DNA of 64,000 nt from Candidatus Poribacteria bacterium (GCA_965215015.1 OZ244042.1:2976001-3040000), one strand, 5' to 3'. Counted from the first letter of the stretch, positions 1 through 10,764 are shown. Numbers and translations are program-made. The notes: a model not told the origin generated them from the sequence alone.

Positions 1-314
1 GCCCGAACAATCGCAGGGAAATAGAGATTTGCCTTCCCGGATACTTCTGCGTATTCGAGAAACATGCCTCCTGCAAATGGCTCAATCTGATGCTCCCGAT
101 ACTTTTTCAACTTCGCTTCCAGTATATCATTTGACAACAAGCGGGAGATGCCGACAGCAATTTTTGCAAAGTCGAAGTGCGCTGCCGCCGTCTCGATGAG
201 GTCTGCCTGTTCATGTAGCCCAATGCCCCAATCAATAACCATCGTCAGACCACGATCTCTCGGTTTCCCTTGGCGTCCAATGCCATCAATTCCTTCAAAG
301 AAATGTGGGATCAT
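1..314 (-). CDS. comA: Phosphosulfolactate synthase (ComA family), 5' part; runs off the window edge
   Basis: Not in the ORF track. Manual translation from ATG 314 gives MIPHFFEGIDGIGRQGKPRDRGLTMVIDWGIG...HFDFAKIAVGISRLL...IEPFAGGMFLEYA, matching ComA motifs KPR-x-GLTMV-x-D-x-G and GG-x-x-x-E. GGAGG lies upstream. Confidence 0.85.
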   Translation of the reverse strand, partial: MIPHFFEGIDGIGRQGKPRDRGLTMVIDWGIGLHEQADLIETAAAHFDFAKIAVGISRLLSNDILEAKLKKYREHQIEPFAGGMFLEYAEVSGKANLYFPAIVR

Positions 315-386
315 TTGCCATATACCTCCACTACACCTAAAAACTCGGAACTAAGACTTACAGCTAAATGGCACGGTTCCAGGTAC

Positions 387-1808
387 TTATCTCCCCTCTG
401 CAAACTCAGGTCTGCCCAGCGCATCGGTCTTTTCCTGCCGCTCATAGTGCTGCAGTTCACCACCTGCATCCGCCAAGATTCGTTCCCGTGCAAAAGCGAC
501 CCGATCCGCTGCATCTGACGCAATATTATGCTGACACGTCGGATCTGCCTCTAGGTCAAAGAGACGGAGATTGGGGGAATCCACACCGCTGAAGAACCAA
601 TTTTTTGAATCCTTGTACCAAACAGAGTTACCATAACGGCAGGTCAGATATTCCCGACTCTGAAATCCATTCCCTCCCGCTGCCAGTGGAAGCAGATTCT
701 GTCCCTCTATTTCGCCGATTGGTTCGACGCTAGCAGCGGCAACGACTGTCGCCGGTACATCCAAAGTATAGACAAGTTCTTCGCGCGTACTGCCGGCACC
801 AGTCCCTTCCGGATGGCGTAGCAGCATCGGGATGTCCATTGTCCCCGGATACATAAAATCCGCCGGTTTTCCTGTGACACGATCTGGGTTTTCACCGAAG
901 TTAGTCCCGTGATCGCTCAGAAAAATCACGAGCGTGTTCTTTTTCAACCCCAACCTGTCGATGGTATTAATCAGTTTTCCAAACCACGTATCGACCATCG
1001 TCACCAAACCGGCATAATTCGCCCGGATGCTGGGCAGACGTGCTTCGACTTCGGGGTTGCGGTCAATGGGCCCATAAGGTGCGGAGAGATAAATCGGTTC
1101 CCGATCTTCCCGCATCCCGTAGAGGTCGTAGTAGTGGAGTGGTGCTTCCCAAGTTTCATGCGGTGTAAAGCTATCGACGTACAAATAAAATGGACGGTTG
1201 TTATAATTCTGCTCGACAAACTTTATCGCAGCGCGAAATGTGCGTGCAGTGGGCCACATCTCTTCTGCCTGCTCCGGCTGCACGTTGACTAGATGCGCCC
1301 GAATCCGATCCGCGCTCCCACGATAGCGTGACAGCAGCGTCTCATCCGCATGTGCGATAGCATTGTACCGGTCTTCCGCCTGACCGCGGATATACTCCCA
1401 TTGCAGAAATCCACGCGTAAAATTCATACCCGGCACGAAATAGTGTGGCACATCTGCAAAGAAACCTGTGTGATAATCCTGACGGACAAGTGCCTCCGCT
1501 ATCGTGCTTTCCTCCGACGATAACGGCTGCCAGCCTGGAATATAGACATTATCCCAAGGCACAGGGCGATAGTTCCGAAATGGGAATGCCCGCCGACCGC
1601 TGTGCAAGGTGCGACGCGTCGGAATCGTTGGCAGACATTCTGGATGTGCATTTGTAAATCGCACGCTATCTTGAGCAAACCGGTCCAGATTGGGTGTATG
1701 AATCCATCTATTCCCATAAGCCCCCAGATATGCTGCCCTAAACGTGTCCGAAACCACAACCACGATATTCCACGGATGATTTACGCTCGATGTCACTTTT
1801 TCAGCCAT
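387..1808 (-). CDS. Sulfatase-like hydrolase (alkaline phosphatase superfamily)
   Basis: N-terminal VVVVSDTFR, TPNLDRFA, TIPTRRTLHSGR, PHETW, IFLSDHG and LFDLEADP motifs. Confidence 0.9.
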   Translation of the reverse strand: MAEKVTSSVNHPWNIVVVVSDTFRAAYLGAYGNRWIHTPNLDRFAQDSVRFTNAHPECLPTIPTRRTLHSGRRAFPFRNYRPVPWDNVYIPGWQPLSSEESTIAEALVRQDYHTGFFADVPHYFVPGMNFTRGFLQWEYIRGQAEDRYNAIAHADETLLSRYRGSADRIRAHLVNVQPEQAEEMWPTARTFRAAIKFVEQNYNNRPFYLYVDSFTPHETWEAPLHYYDLYGMREDREPIYLSAPYGPIDRNPEVEARLPSIRANYAGLVTMVDTWFGKLINTIDRLGLKKNTLVIFLSDHGTNFGENPDRVTGKPADFMYPGTMDIPMLLRHPEGTGAGSTREELVYTLDVPATVVAAASVEPIGEIEGQNLLPLAAGGNGFQSREYLTCRYGNSVWYKDSKNWFFSGVDSPNLRLFDLEADPTCQHNIASDAADRVAFARERILADAGGELQHYERQEKTDALGRPEFAEGR

Positions 1809-1830
1809 AACCTCTCCTTGTTTATTTGCT

Positions 1831-2178
1831 GGGTTCTGTTGACATCTGACAGACTCGGTTCGGCTTGAATCTCACAAATCTGTAGGGGCAGGTCTGGTGT
1901 CTGTCCAACTCTTGATAATCGGGAGGTGGGTTGGGTGTTGGGTTTCACTATATCTACTTATAAAACAGTGGTGTTGAAAAACTGAGTCGCTATCGTCGTG
2001 GATATGCATTCGCTTTGAACCATTCAACCTAACCTACAACCCATACCTGTAGATTGGGAATCTTGCCCGATCCGCAAAGCCCCAGCGGGGCGACATGTAT
2101 ATTAAGTTCAGTTTTTGACCGATTGCCCGATGAGGACAGCACTTGTCGAATCGACAACACCAAAATGTCAACATGCCC
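1831..2178. mobile_element. MITE, family A (TIR GGxxxTGTTGACAT), containing GTAG-type REP-like hairpins
   Basis: Left end gggttctgttgacat, right end atgtcaacatgccc. Same termini at 38628-38819; one end at ~29545-29560. Confidence 0.65.
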
Positions 2179-2190
2179 GAGCAACTTGCG

Positions 2191-3075
2191 TTAACCAATA
2201 GTTACCCCAATTTCCCGTCCAACATGCCGGATATACTGCTGCCCCGCAATTGTCTCTAGCTCCGGGAAGTGCTCTACATGCACAGGAACATCATTGTCCA
2301 ATGCATCCAACCGCCGGAGTATCGTCGCGTAATCCATCATACCTGTCCCCGGTACGGCTTCATCAACGCGGCTAATAATGCTAATTGGCTGCGCTGACCA
2401 CATTGTAACATCTTTTGCGTGCATCGTGACAATTTTATCCCCAATTCCATCGAAAATTTCATTGATAAAGTCTGTCATTCTGAGGAACATGTGGGGCCAT
2501 GTCATATTCACAGGGTCGAACAGTGCCTTTAAGCGCGGAGAGGGAACGGCATCAAAGAGTTCCTGATATCGCTCGACAGAGTAGATAGGTGTAATGATGT
2601 GGGGATGTATCGCCACGTCCATCTCAAATTCCTCCGCATAAGGCATGAGTTCCTCGACCGCACCGATACACCGTTTCCACGTCTCCTCAGACCACATTGG
2701 AGGGACGGTCCCATCCCGCTCCGCGAAAGTTTTTGGCATCTCGTCAATCCAAACTCTACCGATGAGTATTGCACAGGCGATGCAGTGTGCTCCTATGATG
2801 TGCGCGTGACGCAACTGACGACGATGTCCCTCAATGGCAGCTCGGTACTCCTCCGGATTTGCCGAGCCAAATCCCCCTTGATGGCCACTAAATTCGCCCA
2901 CTCGGATGCCGTGGTCATCAAGGAACCGTTTGGCTCTCTCAACATCTGCATCGCTCCAATCGGTAGGTGTGTTTGTTGTAACAGTTTTAACTTCCATTAA
3001 CTTGACCTTTTGGAGGAAGGTAGCCTGTTCCTCCGAGGTCTTGCCCAAGCGCACAGACGGACTCATTAAAATCAT
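2191..3075 (-). CDS. Sugar-phosphate isomerase/epimerase (xylose isomerase-like TIM barrel)
   Basis: LFDPVN, TMHAKD, VPGTGMMDY and HVEH motifs of the AP_endonuc_2 family. Confidence 0.85.
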   Translation of the reverse strand: MILMSPSVRLGKTSEEQATFLQKVKLMEVKTVTTNTPTDWSDADVERAKRFLDDHGIRVGEFSGHQGGFGSANPEEYRAAIEGHRRQLRHAHIIGAHCIACAILIGRVWIDEMPKTFAERDGTVPPMWSEETWKRCIGAVEELMPYAEEFEMDVAIHPHIITPIYSVERYQELFDAVPSPRLKALFDPVNMTWPHMFLRMTDFINEIFDGIGDKIVTMHAKDVTMWSAQPISIISRVDEAVPGTGMMDYATILRRLDALDNDVPVHVEHFPELETIAGQQYIRHVGREIGVTIG

Positions 3076-3139
3076 TTGACACCTCTAGATATTTGAATTG
3101 ACGATGCAATTGGCTGTGCCCCCTACTTAATCCCCAAAA

Positions 3140-3195
3140 GAAAAGCCTCCTGATACCGATAGAAAATATATCGATTCGATCGAATATCAGGAGGC
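3140..3195 (-). terminator. Probable intrinsic terminator downstream of the LamG gene
   Basis: Stem gcctcctgata/tatcaggaggc followed by a T-run on the minus strand. Confidence 0.5.
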
Positions 3196-3245
3196 AAATA
3201 ATCAGAAGATTCCGAGCCGCAAAGTTGACTCAACCCAGTTAAGGT

Positions 3246-4049
3246 CTAGTAATTACGTTTGAGTTTACCCCATGTTGTTGATAGCTTGCCTACGCCCGGC
3301 TCAACCGCTAACGGTTTGAAGGGTGCATCATCCACCTCTTCCCATGTCGCCTCATCGACTAAGCCGTGATGCTCAAAAGCAGAAGAATCCTTGGCTTCGC
3401 CCCCTTGTCCCTCATTAAAGTGCATGAGGAGAACGGTATTGCGATCCCGTTCTTCAAATTCGGTCGTCGGTCTCGGAAAGTTGGCGGCTGGGTATCTGGG
3501 AATGTTAGAAATCCGGACTTCGTCAATTAATCCAGTAAACGCTTCATTCCACTGGGGGAGCCAACCGATATAAACATCTGACAGAGATGTGTTGATATCC
3601 CCTGGATCTTCGACTTCATCTTTCAACTTGCCATCAACGTGGAGCAGGTAGGCACGACCATCGAAGGAAGTCGCAACATGAGTCCACCTGTCCAAGCTGA
3701 TTTTGCCCGTACCTTCCCAACCCCACTGTGCAGCGTTGACTGCTGCCTGGTAGGTTGATTGTTTGTTAAAGAGGGCGTGCATCCAGGTATCTGTCTTCCC
3801 GGTAATCATCATTCGTCCTCCGCCCGAATCAAGGGCAGTAGGGTAAATCCATGCTTCGAGTGTTAGCTTATCTGCGAGGTTCAATTCCTCGCTATGGTCA
3901 ATAATAATTCGTGTCCCTTTTTCTCCATTATCCTTTTTTGCATCAAACTTGAGCGCAAAGTTCTTTGGCGCAGCAAAACCGCCTTGCGTCAATGAGAGCG
4001 CAAATGCAAAAACCAAGGCTATAGAGATTAATCGACCTTTTTTCATCAT
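3246..4049 (-). CDS. Secreted LamG/concanavalin-A-like domain protein with conserved C-terminal tail
   Basis: Signal peptide; LTLEAWIYP, WTHVA, FTGLIDEVRISN; tail AVEPGVGKLSTTWGKLK. Confidence 0.85.
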   Translation of the reverse strand: MMKKGRLISIALVFAFALSLTQGGFAAPKNFALKFDAKKDNGEKGTRIIIDHSEELNLADKLTLEAWIYPTALDSGGGRMMITGKTDTWMHALFNKQSTYQAAVNAAQWGWEGTGKISLDRWTHVATSFDGRAYLLHVDGKLKDEVEDPGDINTSLSDVYIGWLPQWNEAFTGLIDEVRISNIPRYPAANFPRPTTEFEERDRNTVLLMHFNEGQGGEAKDSSAFEHHGLVDEATWEEVDDAPFKPLAVEPGVGKLSTTWGKLKRNY

Positions 4050-4309
4050 AATATCCTTCCTTTAATAGGGGTTTTGAATTCTGACGGAGTACTACAATAA
4101 ATTCCACGACTGTAGACCAAGATCCTATCTTGTTTTGCTTCAATCGCCGCAGGTTGTTGTAGTCAGTTTAGAAAACCGATATAGAACAGGATTCAATTTT
4201 GACGTAACGTTATAGGATTAGGGGAGCCTGTGGAAAAACAGCTTTAGTCACATAGACATATTAACATTTTTCTGCTGAACAAGTCAAGTGCAAACAAGGC
4301 ACTTTTACA

Positions 4310-4338
4310 TTGACATTCCATGCTTTTACCGATAAACT
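4310..4338 (+). promoter_or_regulatory. Sigma70-type promoter for the LamG gene run
   Basis: TTGACA-17 nt-TAAACT. A divergent TTGACT..TAATAT is present on the minus strand at ~4258-4287. Confidence 0.6.
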
Positions 4339-4404
4339 GTAAAGGTTATCGGGGGTGGACAGATATATCGGTACATACTTTGGAGAATAATAGACAAGGA
4401 GGCG

Positions 4405-5265
4405 GTGGAAATGAATGGTTTCATCAATAGGCTAAGCAAAATTGGACTCGGCTTAATCACCATGAGTTTAATATTGACAACCGTGAGCGATGCCAAATTG
4501 TCAGGGCCGGAGCTTCTAGAAGCGGCTGTTGCAATATGGACCTTTGAGGAGACGGAAAGGAATAAGGATAACGACCCTTTTGTCAAGGACGTTTCCGGCA
4601 ACGGCCATGATGCGGTGATGATAAATCGACCACGACTAGTAGAGGGGAAGTTTGGCAAGGCAGTGGAGTTCAGGGATGATGCAAAAAACTACTTGGAAGT
4701 GCCACACCATGAGGATTTCGACCTTGATGAAGCCATCTCGATTTCGGTATGGGTGAAACGACCGCCACGGCCACAAGCAACTGATATCGCACCCTATTTT
4801 ATTCTCGAAAAAGGGGGAGAATGGCAGCATGGTCGACCCACTTTTGGAATAGCCCTGCATAAGGTTTTTAACAACATGTTCTATTTCTGGTATAAAGATG
4901 GATTTCAAGGAGTAAACGGGATAAAGGATGATCAGTGGCACCACTACGTTGTGGTTGCCAAAGATAGGGAAAGGGACCCTGCCATGTATATTGATGGCGA
5001 GTTAAAGGCGGTCGAACATCGGGACGGTCAGCGGGTAATCACGTTGGAACCTTCACCGGGGCGCGCACTACACATCGGAGCAATGTTCCCAGAACGATTC
5101 GATTCGTGGACCAATAACACTATAGACGATCTTGCCATTTTCAACGTTGCGTTGAGCCACGCTGATGTTGAACGGCTTGGGAAAGGAGTTGATAACTCAA
5201 TCTTCGCGGTTTCTCCATCGGGCAAGCTTGCCACAACGTGGGCAGTACTTAAACAAAGCCGCTGA
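4405..5265 (+). CDS. Secreted LamG domain protein
   Basis: Signal peptide; DVSGNGHD, GKFGKAVEF, QWHHYVVV, IDDLAIFNVALS; tail AVSPSGKLATTWAVLK. Confidence 0.85.
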   Translation: MEMNGFINRLSKIGLGLITMSLILTTVSDAKLSGPELLEAAVAIWTFEETERNKDNDPFVKDVSGNGHDAVMINRPRLVEGKFGKAVEFRDDAKNYLEVPHHEDFDLDEAISISVWVKRPPRPQATDIAPYFILEKGGEWQHGRPTFGIALHKVFNNMFYFWYKDGFQGVNGIKDDQWHHYVVVAKDRERDPAMYIDGELKAVEHRDGQRVITLEPSPGRALHIGAMFPERFDSWTNNTIDDLAIFNVALSHADVERLGKGVDNSIFAVSPSGKLATTWAVLKQSR

Positions 5266-5291
5266 ATCAGCGAAAAGGGAGCCACACAACT

Positions 5292-6131
5292 ATGAAAACT
5301 TTTACGACAAAGTTAAGTACAGTCGGTATCGGCTTAATTATCTTGAATATAGTGTTCACGGCGGTGAGCGATGCCCAGTTGAGAGGACGTAAATTTCTAG
5401 AAGCGGCTGTTGCAATATGGACCTTTGAAGAAGTCGGTAGAGTTGGCGTCCCGGATGTTACCGGCAACGGTCATGACGCGAAGTTGGTAAATAAGCCCGC
5501 CTTAGTTGATGGGAAATTTGGCAGGGCAATAGAGTTTAGTGACAGCAGAAAAAACTATTTGGAGGTGCCGGATGATGTAGACTTAAACCTTGAAAAGGTC
5601 ATCTCGATTTCGGTATGGGCGAAACGACCACCACGGCTACAAGCGACCGATGTGGCACCTTATTTCATTCTACATAGGGGATCGGAATGGCAGCGTCAGG
5701 GACCAGGTTACGGCATCGCACTCCACAAGGTTTTTAACAACATGTTTTATTTCTGGTATCAAGATGGATTTCAGGGTGCCAGCGGTATCAAGGACGATCA
5801 GTGGCACCACTATGTCGCTGTTGCCAAAGATGGAGAGAGGGCACCAACGCTTTATATTGATGGCGAATCGAAGCCTGTCGAACACGGCGATGGTAAGAAA
5901 AAGATGGTATTGGCACCAGCACAGGGACGACCGATGTACATTGGCGCGTTATTGCCAGAGCGGTTTGACTCATTCAGTAAGAGTACCATTGATGAGCTTG
6001 CTATCTTCAAGGTTGCATTGAGCGCGGCAGATGTAAGGCAGCTCGGAAAGGGAATCGATACAGCAATCTTCGCGGTTTCTCCATCGGGGAAGCTCGCCAC
6101 AACGTGGGCATCAATCAAAAATAGCCATTGA
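5292..6131 (+). CDS. Secreted LamG domain protein, close paralog of 4405-5265
   Basis: Identical blocks (GIALHKVFNNMFYFWY, GIKDDQWHHY); tail AVSPSGKLATTWASIK. Confidence 0.85.
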   Translation: MKTFTTKLSTVGIGLIILNIVFTAVSDAQLRGRKFLEAAVAIWTFEEVGRVGVPDVTGNGHDAKLVNKPALVDGKFGRAIEFSDSRKNYLEVPDDVDLNLEKVISISVWAKRPPRLQATDVAPYFILHRGSEWQRQGPGYGIALHKVFNNMFYFWYQDGFQGASGIKDDQWHHYVAVAKDGERAPTLYIDGESKPVEHGDGKKKMVLAPAQGRPMYIGALLPERFDSFSKSTIDELAIFKVALSAADVRQLGKGIDTAIFAVSPSGKLATTWASIKNSH

Positions 6132-6164
6132 CCCCCCAGGTTCCACCCCAAGGGATATTTTCAA

Positions 6165-7013
6165 ATGAAATATATGAACAAAATTGCGGTTTACAGTGTA
6201 GTTTTTGTGCTGGGACTCACTAGTTTTGCAGTAGCAGCGCAAAAGGTGGTTCCGGGTGCGGTGATCCACCTCGATGCCAGAGAGCAGAATAAGCGGGAAA
6301 TCGCTTGGAAGAACCTCGGTTTAGCCGGTGGAAAAATGCCAGCCGACAATGAGGTGCCTGAATTTGAAGCGGGGAAAATCAGAATACCCGTACTCGGTAT
6401 CAATGAGGACGCAAAGTGGTATACCGCCACACGAAAGTCCGAGACTTTTGGCGGTCCCCCGGATGTACTCCCCAAATTGCAACTTGAGGATTGGACAATG
6501 GAGGTTCTCATCAAACGCAACGGTCCCAAGTGGCCAGATCTCGTTGTGGCTTCCCAAGTCCTCGGATTTAAATCACGTGATAGGGAATTGCAACATTTTC
6601 AGGTTTCTCTCAACGGACCGGATACCGGCGAACTCATCGCACGGTTTAAGGGTCGAGCAAATAATAAAGGGAAGTGGTTAATCCCGGAAGATCTCGGCAT
6701 CGATATTAAGGAAAAGGAGTGGCACTGGATTGCGTTTGTCTTCACCGATCAGAAAACAGTTGAAACCTACCAAGATGGTGAAGAGGTTGGGAGGGTTGAG
6801 ATTAATCAGGATTTTGATCCTGAAGAGCCGGTATGGCTATCAATATTTTGTTCCAATGACAGGGATCGAAACTTCAACGGCTCAATCGCTATCCTTCGTA
6901 TTTACGACAGACCGTTGAGTAGAGACGAGATTCTCCAAAACATCACAGGTAAGTTGGCGGTTGAACCAACCGACAAACTGACAACAGCCTGGGCACAGAT
7001 AAAGGCACACTGA
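6165..7013 (+). CDS. Secreted LamG-like domain protein
   Basis: Signal peptide; WHWIAFVF, FNGSIAILRIYDRPLS; tail AVEPTDKLTTAWAQIK. Confidence 0.8.
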   Translation: MKYMNKIAVYSVVFVLGLTSFAVAAQKVVPGAVIHLDAREQNKREIAWKNLGLAGGKMPADNEVPEFEAGKIRIPVLGINEDAKWYTATRKSETFGGPPDVLPKLQLEDWTMEVLIKRNGPKWPDLVVASQVLGFKSRDRELQHFQVSLNGPDTGELIARFKGRANNKGKWLIPEDLGIDIKEKEWHWIAFVFTDQKTVETYQDGEEVGRVEINQDFDPEEPVWLSIFCSNDRDRNFNGSIAILRIYDRPLSRDEILQNITGKLAVEPTDKLTTAWAQIKAH

Positions 7014-7249
7014 AAATAATCCTCGATAAAGACAGCTCCTTGCGAGAACAAAAAAGCGGTACCATACCCTGTAAAGAAAAGGGCGTGATACCGTCCTACC
7101 GTGTTGGGGACACCGCCTTATCTGACGCGGAACGGACAGACGGCTCGCGCCCCTTCTGCTCAAATTGTGCTGCAGCTTCAGGGTCAAATTCCTTCAACCG
7201 GTGGAATCTCTCAGGAATCGAAAAAGGCCGTGCGAAACCCAAAGAGAAT

Positions 7250-7298
7250 CGAGTTTTCAAGAAAAAACTCGGTGTCTGTTACACGATTTCTTAACATG
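7250..7298. repeat. Dispersed repeat family C, right end
   Basis: gagttttcaagaaaaaactcggtgtctgttacacgatttcttaacatg, near-identical to 58021-58074 and similar to 16331-16394. Confidence 0.6.
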
Positions 7299-7329
7299 CG
7301 TCAAAACCAAATGAGGAGGAATAATCAGT

Positions 7330-8175
7330 ATGGTTTATGGAAGTGGTGATTATCGATACGAAGTTGTAGAAGGTTGGGGGCAGATACCACAGTTGGGGCT
7401 TGCTTCTGGTGTGGCTTGCGACTCCCAGGACCGGGTCTATGTGTTCAATCGGAGTCCTAACCCCGCCATGCTCGTTTTTGAGCGCGATGGGAGGTTCATC
7501 GGTTCGTGGGGGGAGGCTCTCTTCAAAACACCACACGGGATTTGGATCAGTCCCGACGATGAAATTTACACCACAGACACCGAGGACCACACCGTTCGGA
7601 AATTCTCGCTCTCTGGAGAACTTTTACAGACGTTGGGAACTGTGGATGCACCGGGGTCGCCGGGGCAGCCATTTAATCAACCGACCCGCGCTGTCTTATC
7701 CCAATCGGGTGAAATCTACGTCTCGGACGGCTACGGGCAGTCGCGGGTTCACCGCCTGACATCTGATGGCGAAGTCATCGTTTCGTGGGGCGCACCGGGC
7801 TCAGGGCCCGGCGAGTTTAACCTGCCGCATGATGTCACGGTGGACAAAAATGACCGAGTCTACATCTTAGACCGAGGAAACCTACGGTGTCAGATTTTCG
7901 ATTCAAATGGGGAATACATCACAGAGTGGGGAGATCTGCGTTCTCCCAATGATCTGTTCATAGATTCGGATGATGTCATCCATATCGCAGAGGGTGGGCA
8001 GCGCATCACTGTTATGACGCTTGACGGTGAGATTATCACCCAATGGGGCGGGCAGGGCGAGGGGCCGGGTCAGTTCAGCAATTCGCCACACGGTATATGG
8101 ATTGACTCTCATGGCGATGTCTATATCAGTGAGGTCATCGCGGAAAAACGGTTCCAGAAGTTTGTACGGGTCTAA
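7330..8175 (+). CDS. NHL-repeat beta-propeller protein (peptidyl-alpha-hydroxyglycine alpha-amidating lyase-like)
   Basis: Repeated FxxPHGI, FNQPT and FNLPHDV NHL motifs; YVSDGYG. Confidence 0.85.
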   Translation: MVYGSGDYRYEVVEGWGQIPQLGLASGVACDSQDRVYVFNRSPNPAMLVFERDGRFIGSWGEALFKTPHGIWISPDDEIYTTDTEDHTVRKFSLSGELLQTLGTVDAPGSPGQPFNQPTRAVLSQSGEIYVSDGYGQSRVHRLTSDGEVIVSWGAPGSGPGEFNLPHDVTVDKNDRVYILDRGNLRCQIFDSNGEYITEWGDLRSPNDLFIDSDDVIHIAEGGQRITVMTLDGEIITQWGGQGEGPGQFSNSPHGIWIDSHGDVYISEVIAEKRFQKFVRV

Positions 8176-8196
8176 TTGAAGAGTTAAAGCGACGCC

Positions 8197-10377
8197 TTAT
8201 TGCGTCGCTTTGACCTCTCTCCGACGAGCGTGCAGCACAGGCTCAGTATAGCCGTTGGGCACCGTTCCTCCCTTAAAAACCAGATCTAGTGCTGCCTGAA
8301 AGGCGATGCTCTTGTCAAATTCGGGTGCCATGTTTCGATAGTTCGCATCCCCTGCATTCTGTCTGTCGACAACCGCAGCCATCCGCTCGAAGGTTTCTAT
8401 AATCTGTTTTCTCGTCACAACACCGTGATGTAGCCAGTTGGCAATATGCTGACTCGATATACGTAGCGTTGCCCGGTCCTCCATCAACCCGACGTCATGG
8501 ATGTCCGGCACCTTTGAGCAGCCAATTCCTTGATCAACCCAGCGCACCACATAGCCTAGTATTCCTTGGGCATTATTATCCAGTTCCTGCTGGATGTCCG
8601 CCTCTCCGAATTCACCATCCGATAATGGTGGTGTCAGAATATCCGACAGACTAGCACGCCCTCTGCTCGCCAGTTTTGTCTGCCTGCTTGCAACGCTCAC
8701 CTGATGATAATGTATGGCGTGGAGTGTAGCAGCCGTTGGCGAAGGTACCCAAGCAGTTGTCGCTCCGGCCTGGGGATGACCTATCTTTGTCTCGACCATG
8801 TCAGCCATTTCATCCGGCATCGCCCACATCCCTTTACCAATCTGTGCCTTACCGGGAAGCCCTGTCTCAATACCGATATCCACGTTCCAGTCCTCATAGG
8901 CGAGCATCCATGGCTGGCCTTTGATATCAGGCTTAGGTATCATCGGTCCCGCTTCCATACTTGTGTGGATTTCATCGCCAGTCCGATCCAGAAATCCGGT
9001 GTTGATAAACACAACCCGTTCTTTCGCTGCGCGGATGGCTTCTTTCAAGTTAATAGTGGTTCGACGCTCCTCATCCATAATCCCAATCTTCAACGTGTTT
9101 GGTTCAAGCCCAAGGGCGCGCTCGACCCGTTCAAACAGTTCAATCGTTGCTGCAGCTTCCTCAGGACCGTGCAGTTTTGGTTTGACGATGTAGATGCTGC
9201 CTGCCCGGCTGTTGACATATTTCCCATTTCTTTTAAGGTCGTGTATGGCTGCCAGCGATGTAACCATCGCATCAAGGAAACCTTCGGGAATATCCTGATC
9301 GTCTGCTGTGGTGACTGCATCGGTGTACATGTGAATCCCGACATTCCGAATCAGCAGAAGACTTCGCCCCGGGAGTGTTAGCGTTGCCCCGTCCGGCGTC
9401 TTAAAGGTCTTATCTGCATTTAGGCTTCGGGTCATTTGCTCCCCACTCTTCTCAAAGGTTGCTTCTAGCGTACCCTGCATGATGCCATTCCAGTTGCTGT
9501 AGACTTTTGTTTTGTCCTCCGCATCAACAGCGGAGACAGAATCTTCACAGTCCTGAATTGTCGTGATAGCAGATTCCAGCACCACATCTTTTACGCCTGC
9601 GGGATGGGCTTTGCCAACGGGATGATTGCGGTCAATTTGGATTTCAATGTGTAATCCATTATTTCTGAGCAAGACACCCGACAGTTCACCATCTTTTTCA
9701 TTAAATCCGGCAAATGTACTGGTGGCGGCTAAACCTACTTCGCTGCCATCCTTAAGTTTTGCGACCAATTGCCTAGTTCCATTAACATCTTTGAGTGAGA
9801 ATCGCGTGACTTCTGAGAACTTCCCTTGTTCAAGCCCCACCGCCTCATCTAAGAATGCCTCCGCTTGGGCGATGACCGCTGCGCCGCGCACAGGATTGTA
9901 CCCTTCACTCCTCTCCTTCCCGTCTTCATCGGAAATCACATTTGTGCCGTACAACGCATCATACAGACTCCCCCAGCGAGCATTGGCGGCATTCAGCGCG
10001 TAACGGGCGTTATCCACCGGCACCACCAGTTGTGGGCCGGAAACCTCTGCGATTTCGGGGTCTACATTCGCCGTGGTCGCTTGGAAATGTCCGCCTTCGG
10101 GGAGGAGATAACCAATCTCTGCAAGAAATTCCTCATATTCATTTGGATCGACCGGCTCGCCCTTTGTAGATAAATGCCATTCGTCAATCCGTTGCTGCAA
10201 TGCATCCCGTTTATCCAGAAGTGTCCGGTTTTTGGGCGCAAGATCTGTAACAATCTCACCTAGCGATGTCCAAAATGCATCCGCTTCCACACCTGTGCCG
10301 GGCACAATCTCGTCTTGTACCAGACGATACAATCCCTCGTCAATTTTGAGCTGACCAACTTCAATTCTATCTGCCAT
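8197..10377 (-). CDS. glcB: Malate synthase G
   Basis: [63 protein letters not shown]. Start placed at ATG 10377 after GGAGG. Confidence 0.97.
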   Translation of the reverse strand: MADRIEVGQLKIDEGLYRLVQDEIVPGTGVEADAFWTSLGEIVTDLAPKNRTLLDKRDALQQRIDEWHLSTKGEPVDPNEYEEFLAEIGYLLPEGGHFQATTANVDPEIAEVSGPQLVVPVDNARYALNAANARWGSLYDALYGTNVISDEDGKERSEGYNPVRGAAVIAQAEAFLDEAVGLEQGKFSEVTRFSLKDVNGTRQLVAKLKDGSEVGLAATSTFAGFNEKDGELSGVLLRNNGLHIEIQIDRNHPVGKAHPAGVKDVVLESAITTIQDCEDSVSAVDAEDKTKVYSNWNGIMQGTLEATFEKSGEQMTRSLNADKTFKTPDGATLTLPGRSLLLIRNVGIHMYTDAVTTADDQDIPEGFLDAMVTSLAAIHDLKRNGKYVNSRAGSIYIVKPKLHGPEEAAATIELFERVERALGLEPNTLKIGIMDEERRTTINLKEAIRAAKERVVFINTGFLDRTGDEIHTSMEAGPMIPKPDIKGQPWMLAYEDWNVDIGIETGLPGKAQIGKGMWAMPDEMADMVETKIGHPQAGATTAWVPSPTAATLHAIHYHQVSVASRQTKLASRGRASLSDILTPPLSDGEFGEADIQQELDNNAQGILGYVVRWVDQGIGCSKVPDIHDVGLMEDRATLRISSQHIANWLHHGVVTRKQIIETFERMAAVVDRQNAGDANYRNMAPEFDKSIAFQAALDLVFKGGTVPNGYTEPVLHARRREVKATQ

Positions 10378-10452
10378 TCTTTCATATGCCTCCACGTTTT
10401 AGGACTTCCGAAAAAAGTCAATTTTTGAACAGTTTTGCGTCTGATTCCTATT

Positions 10453-10714
10453 TAGGAGTTACACACTTGAGTTTGTAGGCGCGCCATTCAACCCACGTTT
10501 TTAAGGTAGTAGGCATACGGCACGGCGGAGCGTACCTAGCTACTGTAGAATTAACTGTAGTTGCCCGATTCATCGGGCGTCGTGAGTCGTATGGTCCGGT
10601 GACTCATCACCGAGGATACCATGACTATTGCGCCATAATCCTGGCTCAACCAACCGTAACCATTGCGCGACCTTTTTTGGTGTTGGCTTTGAACGTTCAA
10701 CTGCGTAAGTCCTA
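10453..10714. mobile_element. MITE, family B (termini TAGGAxTTAC ... GTAAxTCCTA)
   Basis: Termini taggagttac and ctgcgtaagtccta; internal ctgtagttgcccgattcatcgggcg shared with 21619-21781 and, inverted, 41394-41646. Confidence 0.7.
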
Positions 10715-10764
10715 CCTATTTTAACCCGATCTGTCTCATCCTGTCAAGATGCTTAGGTTTCAAC

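Noticed and set aside
8469-10259. Antisense and alternate-frame ORFs inside glcB, and similar ones in other long genes
   Set aside because: Shadow ORFs with no recognisable motifs.
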